A stretch of 63,736 nt of DNA, the filler included, from Reticulomyxa filosa (lineage: Eukaryota; Protista; Foraminifera): assembly GCA_000512085.1 (NCBI GenBank). It is 13 parts of 13 records of this genome, joined end to end, with 100 filler letters (N's around TTAATTAATTAA, not from the genome) between each part and the next. Parts side by side here need not be neighbours in the genome. Positions count along the whole stretch, not along the records: positions 1 to 22,640 come from ASPP01009867.1; 12 more parts are not named here. The stretch is one strand, 5' to 3'. Position numbers and translations under genes: made by a program. Below are positions 1 through 13,600 of the stretch, piece after piece. Every line of letters starts with the position of its first letter. Position 1 is the stretch's first letter. Below the pieces are notes generated by a model. It was given only the letters and a program-made list of their open reading frames with translations, was not told the origin of the DNA and did not search any database.

Positions 1-21
1 AAAAAAAAAAAAAAAAAAAAG

Positions 22-962
22 ACCACAACTTTTTGCACGCGTTTTCGGTTACCCATACTTGTTATTTGATTTTGTGCAAAACAAAGTATGTCATTTTCGA
101 ATTTTCTTTTTCTTTTTCTTTTTCCAAAAAAAAAAAAAAAAAAAGTCTATGTTAAAAGTGGCGTTATTTGCAAAAAAAAAAATCGACAGAATGGCTAAAT
201 ACTTTTCGTCGCTGGATGTGTTTACCACGTTCATATCGGCTTTGTGCCATGACGTAGAACATCCAGGCTTAACAAATGCCTATCATATCAACAGTCAGTC
301 CGATCTGGCACTGCGATACAACGATCAAAGTGTCTTGGAAAATCATCACGCACATATCGCAGCTTTGCTAATGAAGAAACCCAATTGTGACATTTTGTCC
401 GGCCTCACTTCCGAACAGAGAAAAAAATTCCGAAAAACCATGATTTCGACCATTTTGCAAACGGATATGTCTGTCCATCAAAGCATCGTTGCCAAGTTTC
501 AAAATTTTTTGCGTCAAAGTGAAGAATTTTTAGGCGATGATTGCAAACAGGTTTTTTTTTTTTATATAACTTCGATAATTGTCTTGCACTGCACTTTTTT
601 TTTTTTCTTAACAGTTTTTGGTCGAAAGTTTGGTACACTTGGGAGATTTGAGCAACCCTGTAATGGACTGGCCAATGTCATTTGAGTGGGCACGCCGTGT
701 AATTCAAGAGTTCTATCATCAATCTTTGCGAGAAAAATACCAAGGTTTACCTGTTGCTGGCATGGAAGACAAACAACCACAGTCTGTAAGCAAAGTCCAA
801 ACTGGCTTCATTGACTTCATCGTGACGCCATTGTGGAAGAGTGCATGTACTTTGGTACCGGAACTGGATGATCGCTTTGAAATACTTCAGGTCAACCGGC
901 AAAATTGGGTGGAATACGGAGAGACTGCAATGTGTCCACCCCCTGTCTCAAAACAATGTTAA
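22..962 (+). CDS. Class I 3',5'-cyclic nucleotide phosphodiesterase catalytic domain (5'-truncated; exons ~22-85, 190-550, 615-962)
   Basis: Spliced translation gives (Y)HNFLHAFSV, HDVEHPGLTN, YNDQSVLENHH, LQTDMSVH, HLGDLSNP and QTGFIDFIV, the PDEase_I motifs. GT-AG introns keep the frame. Confidence 0.93.
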
Positions 963-1284
963 TCAAGTAGATTCACATCAGCAATTATAAATATTAATGT
1001 ACTTATGCAATGAAATACTTTTGTTTAATTTTGAGCCTTCAAATGTTAGTTTTTAACTTTAAAAAAGATTAAAGGCACCAAAAAATAAGCTGATGTACAT
1101 CAATTAATTTTTTTAGTTTGTTTTCCAGAGTAATTATTTTCAATTTTTTTCACTCACTTACAGTATTTGCATTCTCTTGACGTTTTGTGAAGAATATAAA
1201 TAAGAATTTTTTAAGACAGTGCACTGAAAAAACCAGGTTCTAAGAGGTGTAAAAAAAACAAAAAAAGCTTTTGTTCTACAAAAG

Positions 1285-2046
1285 ATGTCTGAGATGCAGA
1301 CACTGTCAACGATTGACGCTTCAATTAATGATTCTTTGCTTCGTGAACTAGCATTCCCTTCTTTGGGGATAATTAGCAATATATACGTGATTGAAATGGC
1401 AATGACAAATGTCGCTACGCTAAAACACGAGCTAAAATTGAAACCTCCTCAAATGGAACCCAGCGAAAAAGTGAACAAAGAACAACGCCTCAGATGGGAT
1501 CGTACAGTGCGCGCAGAAAATAATACTGTGGAATATTTCACTTTGTTTGTTCCGTGTGTTTTCATATCTTCAATTGTTGGCTACGAGTTGATAGGAAAAT
1601 GGGCCCCTCGGATCGTTGGTGTACTCGCTCTTGCAAATGCATTCTTCAGATATCAGGTTCTGTCTTATGTTTAAAAATGCACACAGTATAAGTCCTCCCT
1701 TCTGTTGTTCTCTTCACAATCTTGGATAAAATGAAGAAAAGGACAGAAGATTCATCTTCTCTTCCATCCACACTAATCTTTTTTGAATTTGAATCTCATT
1801 AATATTTTTTTTTATGTGTACCTTGGAGAGGAGAAGAAACCTGATGATTTCGAATGTGTTGTATATACTTTTGATAAAAAAAAGTATGTCAAAGGGTACA
1901 CCAAAGCATCGGAACAACGTAGATCACCATTTTTGAAAAGCTATTATGTGACCAAATCATTATTCTTTTTCTCTATGATGGTAAGTACACTGGTTATTGG
2001 CAAACAATTGTATGGATACAAAAAGTCTTTGAGTCCTACCAAATGA
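1285..2046 (+). CDS. MAPEG-family membrane protein (MGST2/LTC4S-like); exons 1285-1656 and 1885-2046
   Basis: RWDRTVRAENNTVEYFTLF, hydrophobic helices, and FFRYQ|YVKGY...RRSPF match the MAPEG pattern R..RA..N..E / R..Y..GY...R..F. Joined by a phase-0 intron. Confidence 0.8.
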
Positions 2047-2902
2047 ATAAATATTTGGGCAAAAATTCCTCCTTAACATGTGTCATATTTTGGGTTTTTT
2101 GGAATTGTAAGAGAAGTGAGGAAGAATATTTGTCCAATATGATTAGTTATTTGCATGATTGTTTGGTGTTTTTTTTTACAATGACAACATTTTCATGCAA
2201 TGTTTCTCAAATAATGCAACCTTTAAACCCTTATTGCTCATTTATATCACTTTCTATGTAGAAAATTCTACTTTGATTTTACATAAATTTCCTGCACCAT
2301 TAACTTGAAGTCCCGTTGTTATAATAATTAGTATTTATCCATTACCACAGCGATCAAGATTAGCTACTAAATAAAAGTTTACATTTATTTACTAACAAAA
2401 ATTAATGCTTTTCATCATATTGCTTCGGAAGCAATTTCTGTTGAGCTATTACTATTTGTACTTTCAAATACTGCTTTTCGTTGACAGTCACTTTACAAAT
2501 GCTATCGAATTGTCTGTTATCTGAACATAACAACTTAAACAATAAGACAATTGCATTTCATCCATGGACATGTTATCCCATTATCATGCAAACACAACAA
2601 TTTTTGGATATTTTCCTAAATTGCAATTGCTATACATTTTGCCAATAACATAGAAAAGATTTCATAGTTATTGTCTAGCATTAAACGAATCTTAAGGCAA
2701 AACTAAAACAAGTTTTTCAGAAAACATTTTAAAAATTTTTTAAAAGTGTACTACACAATCAATGATAATGTTATTTACATTTGTTTCAAAAGAAATCATT
2801 TTATAAATATTTTTTAAAAATAAATATTTACTTGATTTAGACAGCAATATTTTTCAAATATACAGTAATATTATCAATTTTGAAATATAAACATATGTAT
2901 GT

Positions 2903-3121
2903 GTGTAGGGCAAGCCCCTATTATACATAGCTGAACTCTTATGGAACTGATGAGCTCACTCTGGGTTAAACTTCAACAAACATTCTTCACTTCTTGTTTT
3001 TGGTCTTTCCTTTTTACTTACTGAGTTATTTGTTTTGGTTATTTAGTTTACTTTATTTTACTGAAAGCCACTCTCAATTCGAGTAAAATCTTTTCTATTA
3101 CATTTAGTGTAGCTATCTACA
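2903..3121 (+). repeat. Dispersed structured non-coding repeat, copy 1 (bounded TGTAG...CTACA; possible solo-LTR or retroelement terminus)
   Basis: Colinear similarity to the reverse complement of 29689-29793: GTGTAGG..AAGC.C.TAT, CTGATGAGC, TGGGTTAAACTT, TCTTCAC, TTTCCTTTT.ACT. 5-bp terminal inverted repeat; no clean target-site duplication. Confidence 0.6.
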
Positions 3122-4563
3122 GTATAACCTCACATGTATTACACAAAAAATGGTCACATGTGTCACACTTTTTAAAAATTATTAATTCTGATTACCAAAT
3201 TTATTGTAAAAAGTCTATTCAAGAAAATAGTGCCAGAATAAGTAAAAAAGATTATATAATATAACTTTCAAAATTTCAATATATTTGTAGAAAAATTGGT
3301 AAATTAAAAATAATCACATATTAATAATCTTCTAAGCTAAAAATTGTTGCAATTAATTCTTGCCACGAATAAATAGAAAGCACAAGTTTATAATGACACA
3401 TTCTAAGAAGAGTTTAATGATTTGAAGTCCAATGCTTTTTTATCTTGTTGTTATACAACAAATTTACCAATTTATTACAAACATGCTTTTTACTGAAATT
3501 GTAAACATTTTTTGAACAATAAATGCAAAAAAATAATTACGTTATGTTAAAAATAAACTAACTTATAAAGAATAAATTATTTGAAAAATTATTTAAAAAA
3601 AGAATTGCTTTGCATGTACTATTATAATAGCACTTATATTTGCTTTTTTCAATTATCTATTTGAATAAATAGAAAATAATAAATAAATAAATGTAAGTTA
3701 CTTACCTTGTGTAATTTTTTACAAACAACATATTATACAAAATTTTGAAATATAAATATTTATAATTGTTCAATAAAAGTTAACTTATACATTATATTTT
3801 ATAAATTTTTTTTTGAAGATATAATGTATTGATTTGCAATTGAAAACTTGTTGATTTCAATCACAAAATTTAATTAAAAATTAATTTTTGATAATTTAGT
3901 CAATACTAATTTGTAAATTAAATTCTTCGAATTCATCATTAAAAATATATTAGCATAATATGAACTGATACTATGTACTAAATTAAATGCGTTGTCTTTA
4001 TGATTGAGGGATAACTAATTGTTCAAAGATTGGCCAGCAAAGAGAGATAAAACAAGCTATCACTAAATTCGATATTTACTTTTGTTGTGTGCAAGTATTG
4101 CTTTCAACTAAATAATCTTGCTGTATGTAGTAGCATTCAGAATTAACACATAGTTTCTTCAGTTCTGTCATTAATACTATCACAGCTGGATTACAATAAA
4201 ATCATATTACTACTTGAGCAAATAGTAAATACAGAAAACAGCAAATCGAATTTTTCTTAAACTAAATTTACTTCAGTTGTAATGTATCATGTGTTTGTAA
4301 CTTTTGCATGATTGAAAAAAGTATTCCTTTTCAATCTCCAGAATATTCTTCTAGAAATTGTCTATTGTCATGCTAGTTCTCGACTTTTTTCTTGCCAATT
4401 GCAATGACAAAAAACGGAGTCTGTGCATTATAATGTCAAATCATAAAAAAGTAGACAGTCGTGTCCCACGTGCACACATGTTTAAAAACTCACAAAGGGT
4501 ACCAGTGCTTTTTTTGACCTGTTTTTGTTTTCTTTTACTGTTTTTTGTAGCATTTTTTGAAAG

Positions 4564-7129
<2,566 letters not shown>

Positions 7130-8858
7130 AAAATCGCTATTGCTCGGTCTTACACGTTTTCTTTTTCCTTGAAAATTTATGTTTTTTTGGTTTTTTATCT
7201 TTTTTCGCTTGTCATCGCTTTTTCGCTCACCCACCTTCGTTTTAATTTGGTTTTTTCATAATTACGAAGGTCACGAAAAACAACGTGGACTTTTTTGTAA
7301 TTCTAACTACTTTTGTGAGCGTCAATTAATGCTGTAATTTTATTTGTTGACGATCACTTGTGTGTTTTTTTATTTTTGTGTGTTGATACGACACAGCTTT
7401 TTTTTATTATTGTTAATAACGTGAAGTGCTCTCGATCAAAATACTTTTAAATTATCAACCCATGCGACAAAGAGCCAGCTGTTTTTATAACTTTTTTGCT
7501 TTTCAAGAAATAAAAAAATTTGACAAATGGGCAGTACTATCGACCTTTTTGCGTTGTTCGAAAAAGTTGCTTAATACGTTGTATCATAAACGTAGAAACG
7601 TTAAATCGCATCACTGCATAAACAAACCGAACCCTTAAAAATTCTGACAATAAAATGAAAAACGATTTTTTTCACATTTACGACACACAAAAACCAATGA
7701 ATATACTATGTGCTATGTGGAAACGAGTTGGATTCTTGGTTTGATCACTTTTAGACAGCAACGTTATATTGCAAACATCTACTAATCTATCTATGAAAAG
7801 AAAATGCAACCATATTTCCAAACAAAAATGATATCTATTACTTTGACTGATCGTCTGTTATAAGTATACTTTTTTTATATCGTTTTTGCGGTCGGAATAA
7901 TGGCAACGTCTATTCTTTATTTTATCAAATGTAGTATATTTATTCATGCACAAAAGCAACAAATTGATGCTCGTTTGATCAATTTAAAAAAATTGCACAA
8001 TTTGAGCGTCTCGTATATCATTGGATGTGATGCATTGAAGGAAATACATAGTTTAATTGATTCTGGTTTCGTGATCTAAAATTTTTTCTGACAAGCATTT
8101 CAAAAAGGAAAAATGTCTTCCAGCATGATTACATATTTAAAAATCGTCTATCTGGGCCACAATAGAATAATATAGTTTTCACAATATTTGATTTGTTCCA
8201 CAACAGTTTTTAGTTTTTATTAAAATAATTCCGTATTGTAACATATGGCATTATGATTATGCAATCAACATCCTGAGTTCAAACCGACTCACTCCAAAAA
8301 TTGAATTTTTTCTAAAAATTCAACATGCAAAAAATCATTTCTAGTTGTAATTAAATGAGTTACAATAAGCAAACTTTAACAAACTCGAAACGTGTTTGTT
8401 ATAAATGAATGCCTGAAATTCAGTTACTGAAATTGCAACAAGTGCTATCTGATATAAAAATATTGACTATAATTTGCAAAAAATATTCGTATAGTGCGAT
8501 AGTTATTAAATATAAATGCTGTTGAATTATTTTCTTTTAATTGAAACTTCAATTGTTTCCATCGAATAAATTAGTTATGATATGTCTGTCATTTATTTAG
8601 AACTATATTCTTTTGTTTTATGCATGTTACGTTCTTGATGCCTTGCAATAACTTCAACTGTCATAATAAAAAATTATAAATACGATTGTAATTTAAAATG
8701 CAAGCAGAAAAGTTAAAAATATGGTACTTTTGACAACAGATTAAAACTACAAAAAACTGCTAAAGTCTGCTTTTGTGGTAGCACGCGCTGAAAACTGCGC
8801 GTTTCGCAAAGTTCAAGAAAGTTTAGAAAATGGGTTTTCCTTCATACTTGAACCAGAA

Positions 8859-9584
8859 ATGGATGACATTAAAGAAAGAAAAGAGGTTGCAATGCTGGTT
8901 GAACACTGGTCAAGATTGGAGAATTTTTTTGTTCCAATGGATATAGTAAATTTGATTTTCACTTTTTCTTTCTTTTGTTTACCTCGTCGCTTAACATTTA
9001 ATCGAAACAACCATGCGTTTCTGGACGGTTGGATGTACTCTCACGACGACGAAGTTGTTAAAAAAGTGATATCAGGATTCGACTACGTGCTAGTAGACTT
9101 AGAAAAGTCGATGTCCCCAATAAATGTCAAAGAAGTGACCTCAAATCTTTCAAGATGCTTCAGAGTTCGGATCAACAACATAAATAGTTGGGCGTACATT
9201 GGTTTATCTCCATATAAAAACGGTGTCAAGTTTTCTCCAACAAGTTATGCGCAAGTGGAAGGATTCATGGTGCGATACTATTGGCAAAATATAGCTTCAT
9301 TGGGATGTTATGTGAATGATATATTAATATGTAAATCACCAAATGAGGAATATGTTGTAGAGATGCAAGTTACGTGTGATGTTAACCAAAAGCATGGAGC
9401 GCATGAAGGCCATCAGCGACGTCATGACACAGTGCTACATACTGCTTCTAGCAAATGGAAAGAGGAGCCGCTTACGCTTCACATCAATTTGCTAACGGAT
9501 AATCTCTCGCTTGAAGCTTTCGAAATACCAGTGGATTGGTTTGGTAAATTTGAAAGCACTTCATTGATGTGGCATTTGCAATAA
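8859..9584 (+). CDS. Intronless hypothetical protein (241 aa): N-terminal HWxR..PxDIVxLI motif plus a beta-rich, possibly SPRY-like domain
   Basis: Uninterrupted ORF in AT-rich DNA. FRVRINNINSWAYIGLSP resembles SPRY/B30.2 strands (weak). Confidence 0.65.
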   Translation: MDDIKERKEVAMLVEHWSRLENFFVPMDIVNLIFTFSFFCLPRRLTFNRNNHAFLDGWMYSHDDEVVKKVISGFDYVLVDLEKSMSPINVKEVTSNLSRCFRVRINNINSWAYIGLSPYKNGVKFSPTSYAQVEGFMVRYYWQNIASLGCYVNDILICKSPNEEYVVEMQVTCDVNQKHGAHEGHQRRHDTVLHTASSKWKEEPLTLHINLLTDNLSLEAFEIPVDWFGKFESTSLMWHLQ

Positions 9585-10603
9585 TTTTCACGACGTTTGC
9601 TCATGGACAAGTACAACAAAAAAAAGAAAGGGGAGGAACTTGCAATTATAAGGGTTTAATTTTTAAAATTTAGCGTTCACAAATGTTATTTTTCAGCTGT
9701 CAAGGCAAACAATATTTAGTCATGGGAAAACAAAACAAGCATTTGGATTAAAATAACTTTAGCTAATGTTTAACAATCGATCTTTAACGATATCAATCTT
9801 TTTTTTGAAGAAAGAACTTTCGATCACATTGAAATTTTTTACAAGAATGCTATAATCCTTTTTTTTTGATGCAAAAAAGACCTTTTCGTTTTAATCTTCT
9901 GGGGTTCAGATGTTGACATTAAACGCTTAAACTTTATCGATTGTCACTTGGACACAATTTCCTGATTTGAGTTAATGACCTGTTCGTAATTGCAATATTT
10001 TATATTTTCAAAATTCGATTCAGAAATTTGAATTTACAAGATTTGAATGCAATCAAAAGTAAGTTTTGTACACGAAAAAGTAATTTTCAATGTCGTTGGA
10101 TTAAAATAAACTTGGTTTCTAAAGCAATGAAAAGAAAATGTGGCATTTATGTCAAGATTGAAATAGCAAATTAATTGCGAAACAATTCGTATTCTTTCAA
10201 TAATTTAGTTCATATAAAATATTTTACAAATAAGAATATCAATAAAGTGTGCAAAAAGTAAAAATTTAATTTTAGTGAAACCCTCTTCCAAAAGGGATTT
10301 GAAACAGCACAAAAAACGTCAGTTGCGGGAAAACCTCGTAAACACGTTCCTTAATAATTTCGAAGTATTGGCAACAGACACATTGGTTGAACAACAATCC
10401 CTGCATTTGTGGACGTAATCCGTTGAATTTATCATTTCAAAATGTATTGTTCGTCGATTAGGACGATTTTTTGTGTTATTTGTTGTTCTTGGTTTGTTCT
10501 GTATGGTTTTGCTGAGTCATGTATTTTTCTCACGATGTGAATGAGGTTATTTGAATGTTTAATTTTGTTTTCCCCCAATCTTTTTTTTATTGTTTGTAGA
10601 AAG

Positions 10604-13600
10604 ATGACAACGGAACCTCAGTGGAGATTTCCTCGAAAAGATCGAATGAAAGCATTGAGCGCACTCAACCACCAGCAAGTCTTTAGCAGTACCAATAACA
10701 AAATACCGCACAATGACACCCATATTCCTTCTAAGTGACTCAATTTTCTTTTGTCTTCCATATGAAAAACTGCAAACCCGTTTTTCTCAAAGATATTTGA
10801 TTTGAAAAAACATTTCTTGATTTATATGTATGTGTGTGAAAAACTTTAGCAATGGCAAAACGAGAAACAGCAGCGATGACGACAGTGATCCAGAATATCA
10901 ACCATTGAGCAATGAAGAAGAAGAAGAAATTGAGTCAAGCGATGGGAGAACTCAAACAAGTAACATAGCACAGCTGTATAGCATACATTCTACACATACA
11001 CATATATATATATATATTGTTGTAGCGTCTGTGTAAATCTGCGAAAGAAAGGCCAGACTTGGAAAAAGTGGCGTGTATGTGCATAATGTTGTGTTTATGG
11101 GAATAAGAAAAAACGCAAGGATCAGTGCGCAATGGAACATCTTGGAAAGCTGAGGTGAAGCGTGGTAATGAAAGAGTACTCAATACCACAAGGGGAGACG
11201 AGAAAAACGCTGGCTATGATTACAAAAAAATCAACAAAAGATTTGTAGCATCGAGTGATGAAGACCAGCCCAAAGCAGGGGCAAACGATCATCTTGAAAA
11301 ACCGGAACACATAGACGACGACGACGACGATGATGGAGATGATGAAACACAAATGAGCAAACAAATGTCTGCGAATGGAGATCGACACAAGCAACCCAAA
11401 GGAACACGTTGAACTCATTGCCATTGGAACTCAAATCAAGCAATTCTGTCAATTACAATTTGCCAACATCTGTTCGTTTATTTATTTATTTATTTGTTTG
11501 AATCCATGCTTTTGTTTATTCACATGACAAAATAAACACAATCAACGACACCCAATAAACATTGCAACACACAATTTTTTAATTTTCACACAGTACCGAG
11601 AGTGGTATGATCATATTAAAGTGAACACACCCGTCCAATATTGTATTCGCTCTGGACGGAAAATTGCAGCGACGGTCGTGTCAATCGAATATTATCTCGT
11701 TATTCAATATAATGACGAGCATAATGTCCCGTCCGAAAAGAAATCGGTAAGCACAAATAGCCCAAAGCTGAAATACAACCAGGATTGGGATCGGAGGAAA
11801 TGGTACAATGCCATCCAACTTAAAGATAAGGTAGAATATCTGGAGAGTTCGAACGAAACCAGAAGCGAACAGTGGTGGACGGCCACTGTTCTTGATAAAT
11901 ACCGTGTTTTCACTGTGCGATACACACTTCGAAACGAGAGCCAAAGTGATCAAATCAGCGAAAGAACGTTCATGGACGAGGCTTTTTGTCCTTCCGCTTT
12001 TCTCACACATCCAATGCAATTTGTGTTTCTTCCACCAAAAGATATTGATGACAATATTCAGTTCACAAACAAACAAACAAATATATGTTATATAAATGTA
12101 TGTGTACATATAATTGCAGCTTTGATTGATAAATTGTGGATTGTGCATGATGCGGATAGAAAATACGAACAAAAAATTCAAACGTTGGAAGAAAAGGCTT
12201 CTCGACAAACTGTAACACAAAATATCAAAAAAATTGGAGCCCTTGACAATAGACAAAACAAAAAGAGGAAAGGTTGGGCAGAGAGCGACAGCGAGGAAGA
12301 ACAGGTGGAAGAAGAAGGAGAAGAAGAAGTATATGGAGAAAGTGAAAGCGAAGAAGCGGAAAGTGAAGAAATGGGAAGCGAAGACGATTTTGAACAACAT
12401 CGGGAGTCCTCATTAACTTCATATGTGACCACAGCGGAAGAAGAGCACAAAATCGAATCAATATTGTACACAATGGACTTACCCGAAGAAACGCGATTGA
12501 TGGCAGATACATTTCAGCATTGTCTGGAACATAACAAGGAAAATATGTCGAAGAGAAGCAACGGAGAGGGATGTGATGGACCTGATGGAGAAAAGTTGGG
12601 AACAAAAGAAGACTACAAAATGGTGACGAAATATTTGATAAAATATTTTGACAAGTCTTATCACCACTGCGAATGGTTGACAAAAGAGGAAATATTAAAA
12701 ATTGGCGGTGAGTCAAAACTGAAATCGTTTGAAAAACGCTTTTTTCATGAAAAACAGCAGAACATACACGTCTGATAAAACGCGTGAGGCATGCCATGGA
12801 GACAAAACACTTTGATAATATCCATTTTTTCAACCCATTGTATTTGCAAATTGATCGCATTATCGATGTCTGCGCTCCCAACGAAGAGTTGAAAAAGCCA
12901 CGGCGTTCGAAGGCTGGTCTGTCTTACTATGAAATTCGAAGCAAATCGGCAAGTGTGAATTGGGTGATTCGGTTAAATCAAAGCAATGAAACATTGTATT
13001 TAGTAAAATGGACTAATATACAATATGATGAAGCCACATGGGAGGCGGAGTCGTTTTTATGTAGTCGTGAATTTGAAAAGTTCAATGGAGAAAAGGAAAT
13101 CGAACTATTTCGAAAGAGACAAGCCTTGCCCATCCCAAAGCATTTCAATTATGGAATTCGTACAAGTGTTACCAAGTATGTCAATCGTCCAAAAACATGG
13201 GAAGAATTGACCCCCAAATCGACCTTTAAAAATGGGCATGAATTGAGATCTTACCAAATTTCGGGTGTAAACTGGTTAGTTCACAATTGGCTGGGACGAC
13301 GATCTTGTATTCTGGCCGATGAAATGGGATTGGGAAAGACAATCCAAATGGTGGTATTTTTAAATCAACTGGCAACCAAATTTGACATCAATGGACCTTT
13401 CTTGATTGTAGCTCCATTGTCAACATTGGGACATTGGTCAAGAGAATTTAAGAATTGGAGTGATTTGAATGTGGTGGTCTATCACGGCACGCAGCTTAGT
13501 CGTGAGCGATTGTATGAATTGGAGTTTTTCTATGACTACCGCTTTTTGACAAAGAAAGAACGAGATTGCTATGATGTACAAAATGAACGCGATTTGAATG

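Noticed and set aside
2947-3030. Box C/D snoRNA or SECIS reading of the repeat (TGATGA...CTGA; ATGA...AAA)
   Set aside because: Poor terminal stem, no recognisable rRNA antisense element, no SECIS 3' strand, and copy 2 is truncated before any D box.
11400-12780. In-frame TGA codons (11410, 12773) as stop-codon reassignment or selenocysteine
   Set aside because: At 12773 the downstream chromodomain is in another frame, so readthrough would not help. TGA, TAA and TAG all serve as normal stops in the window, and no SECIS was found.
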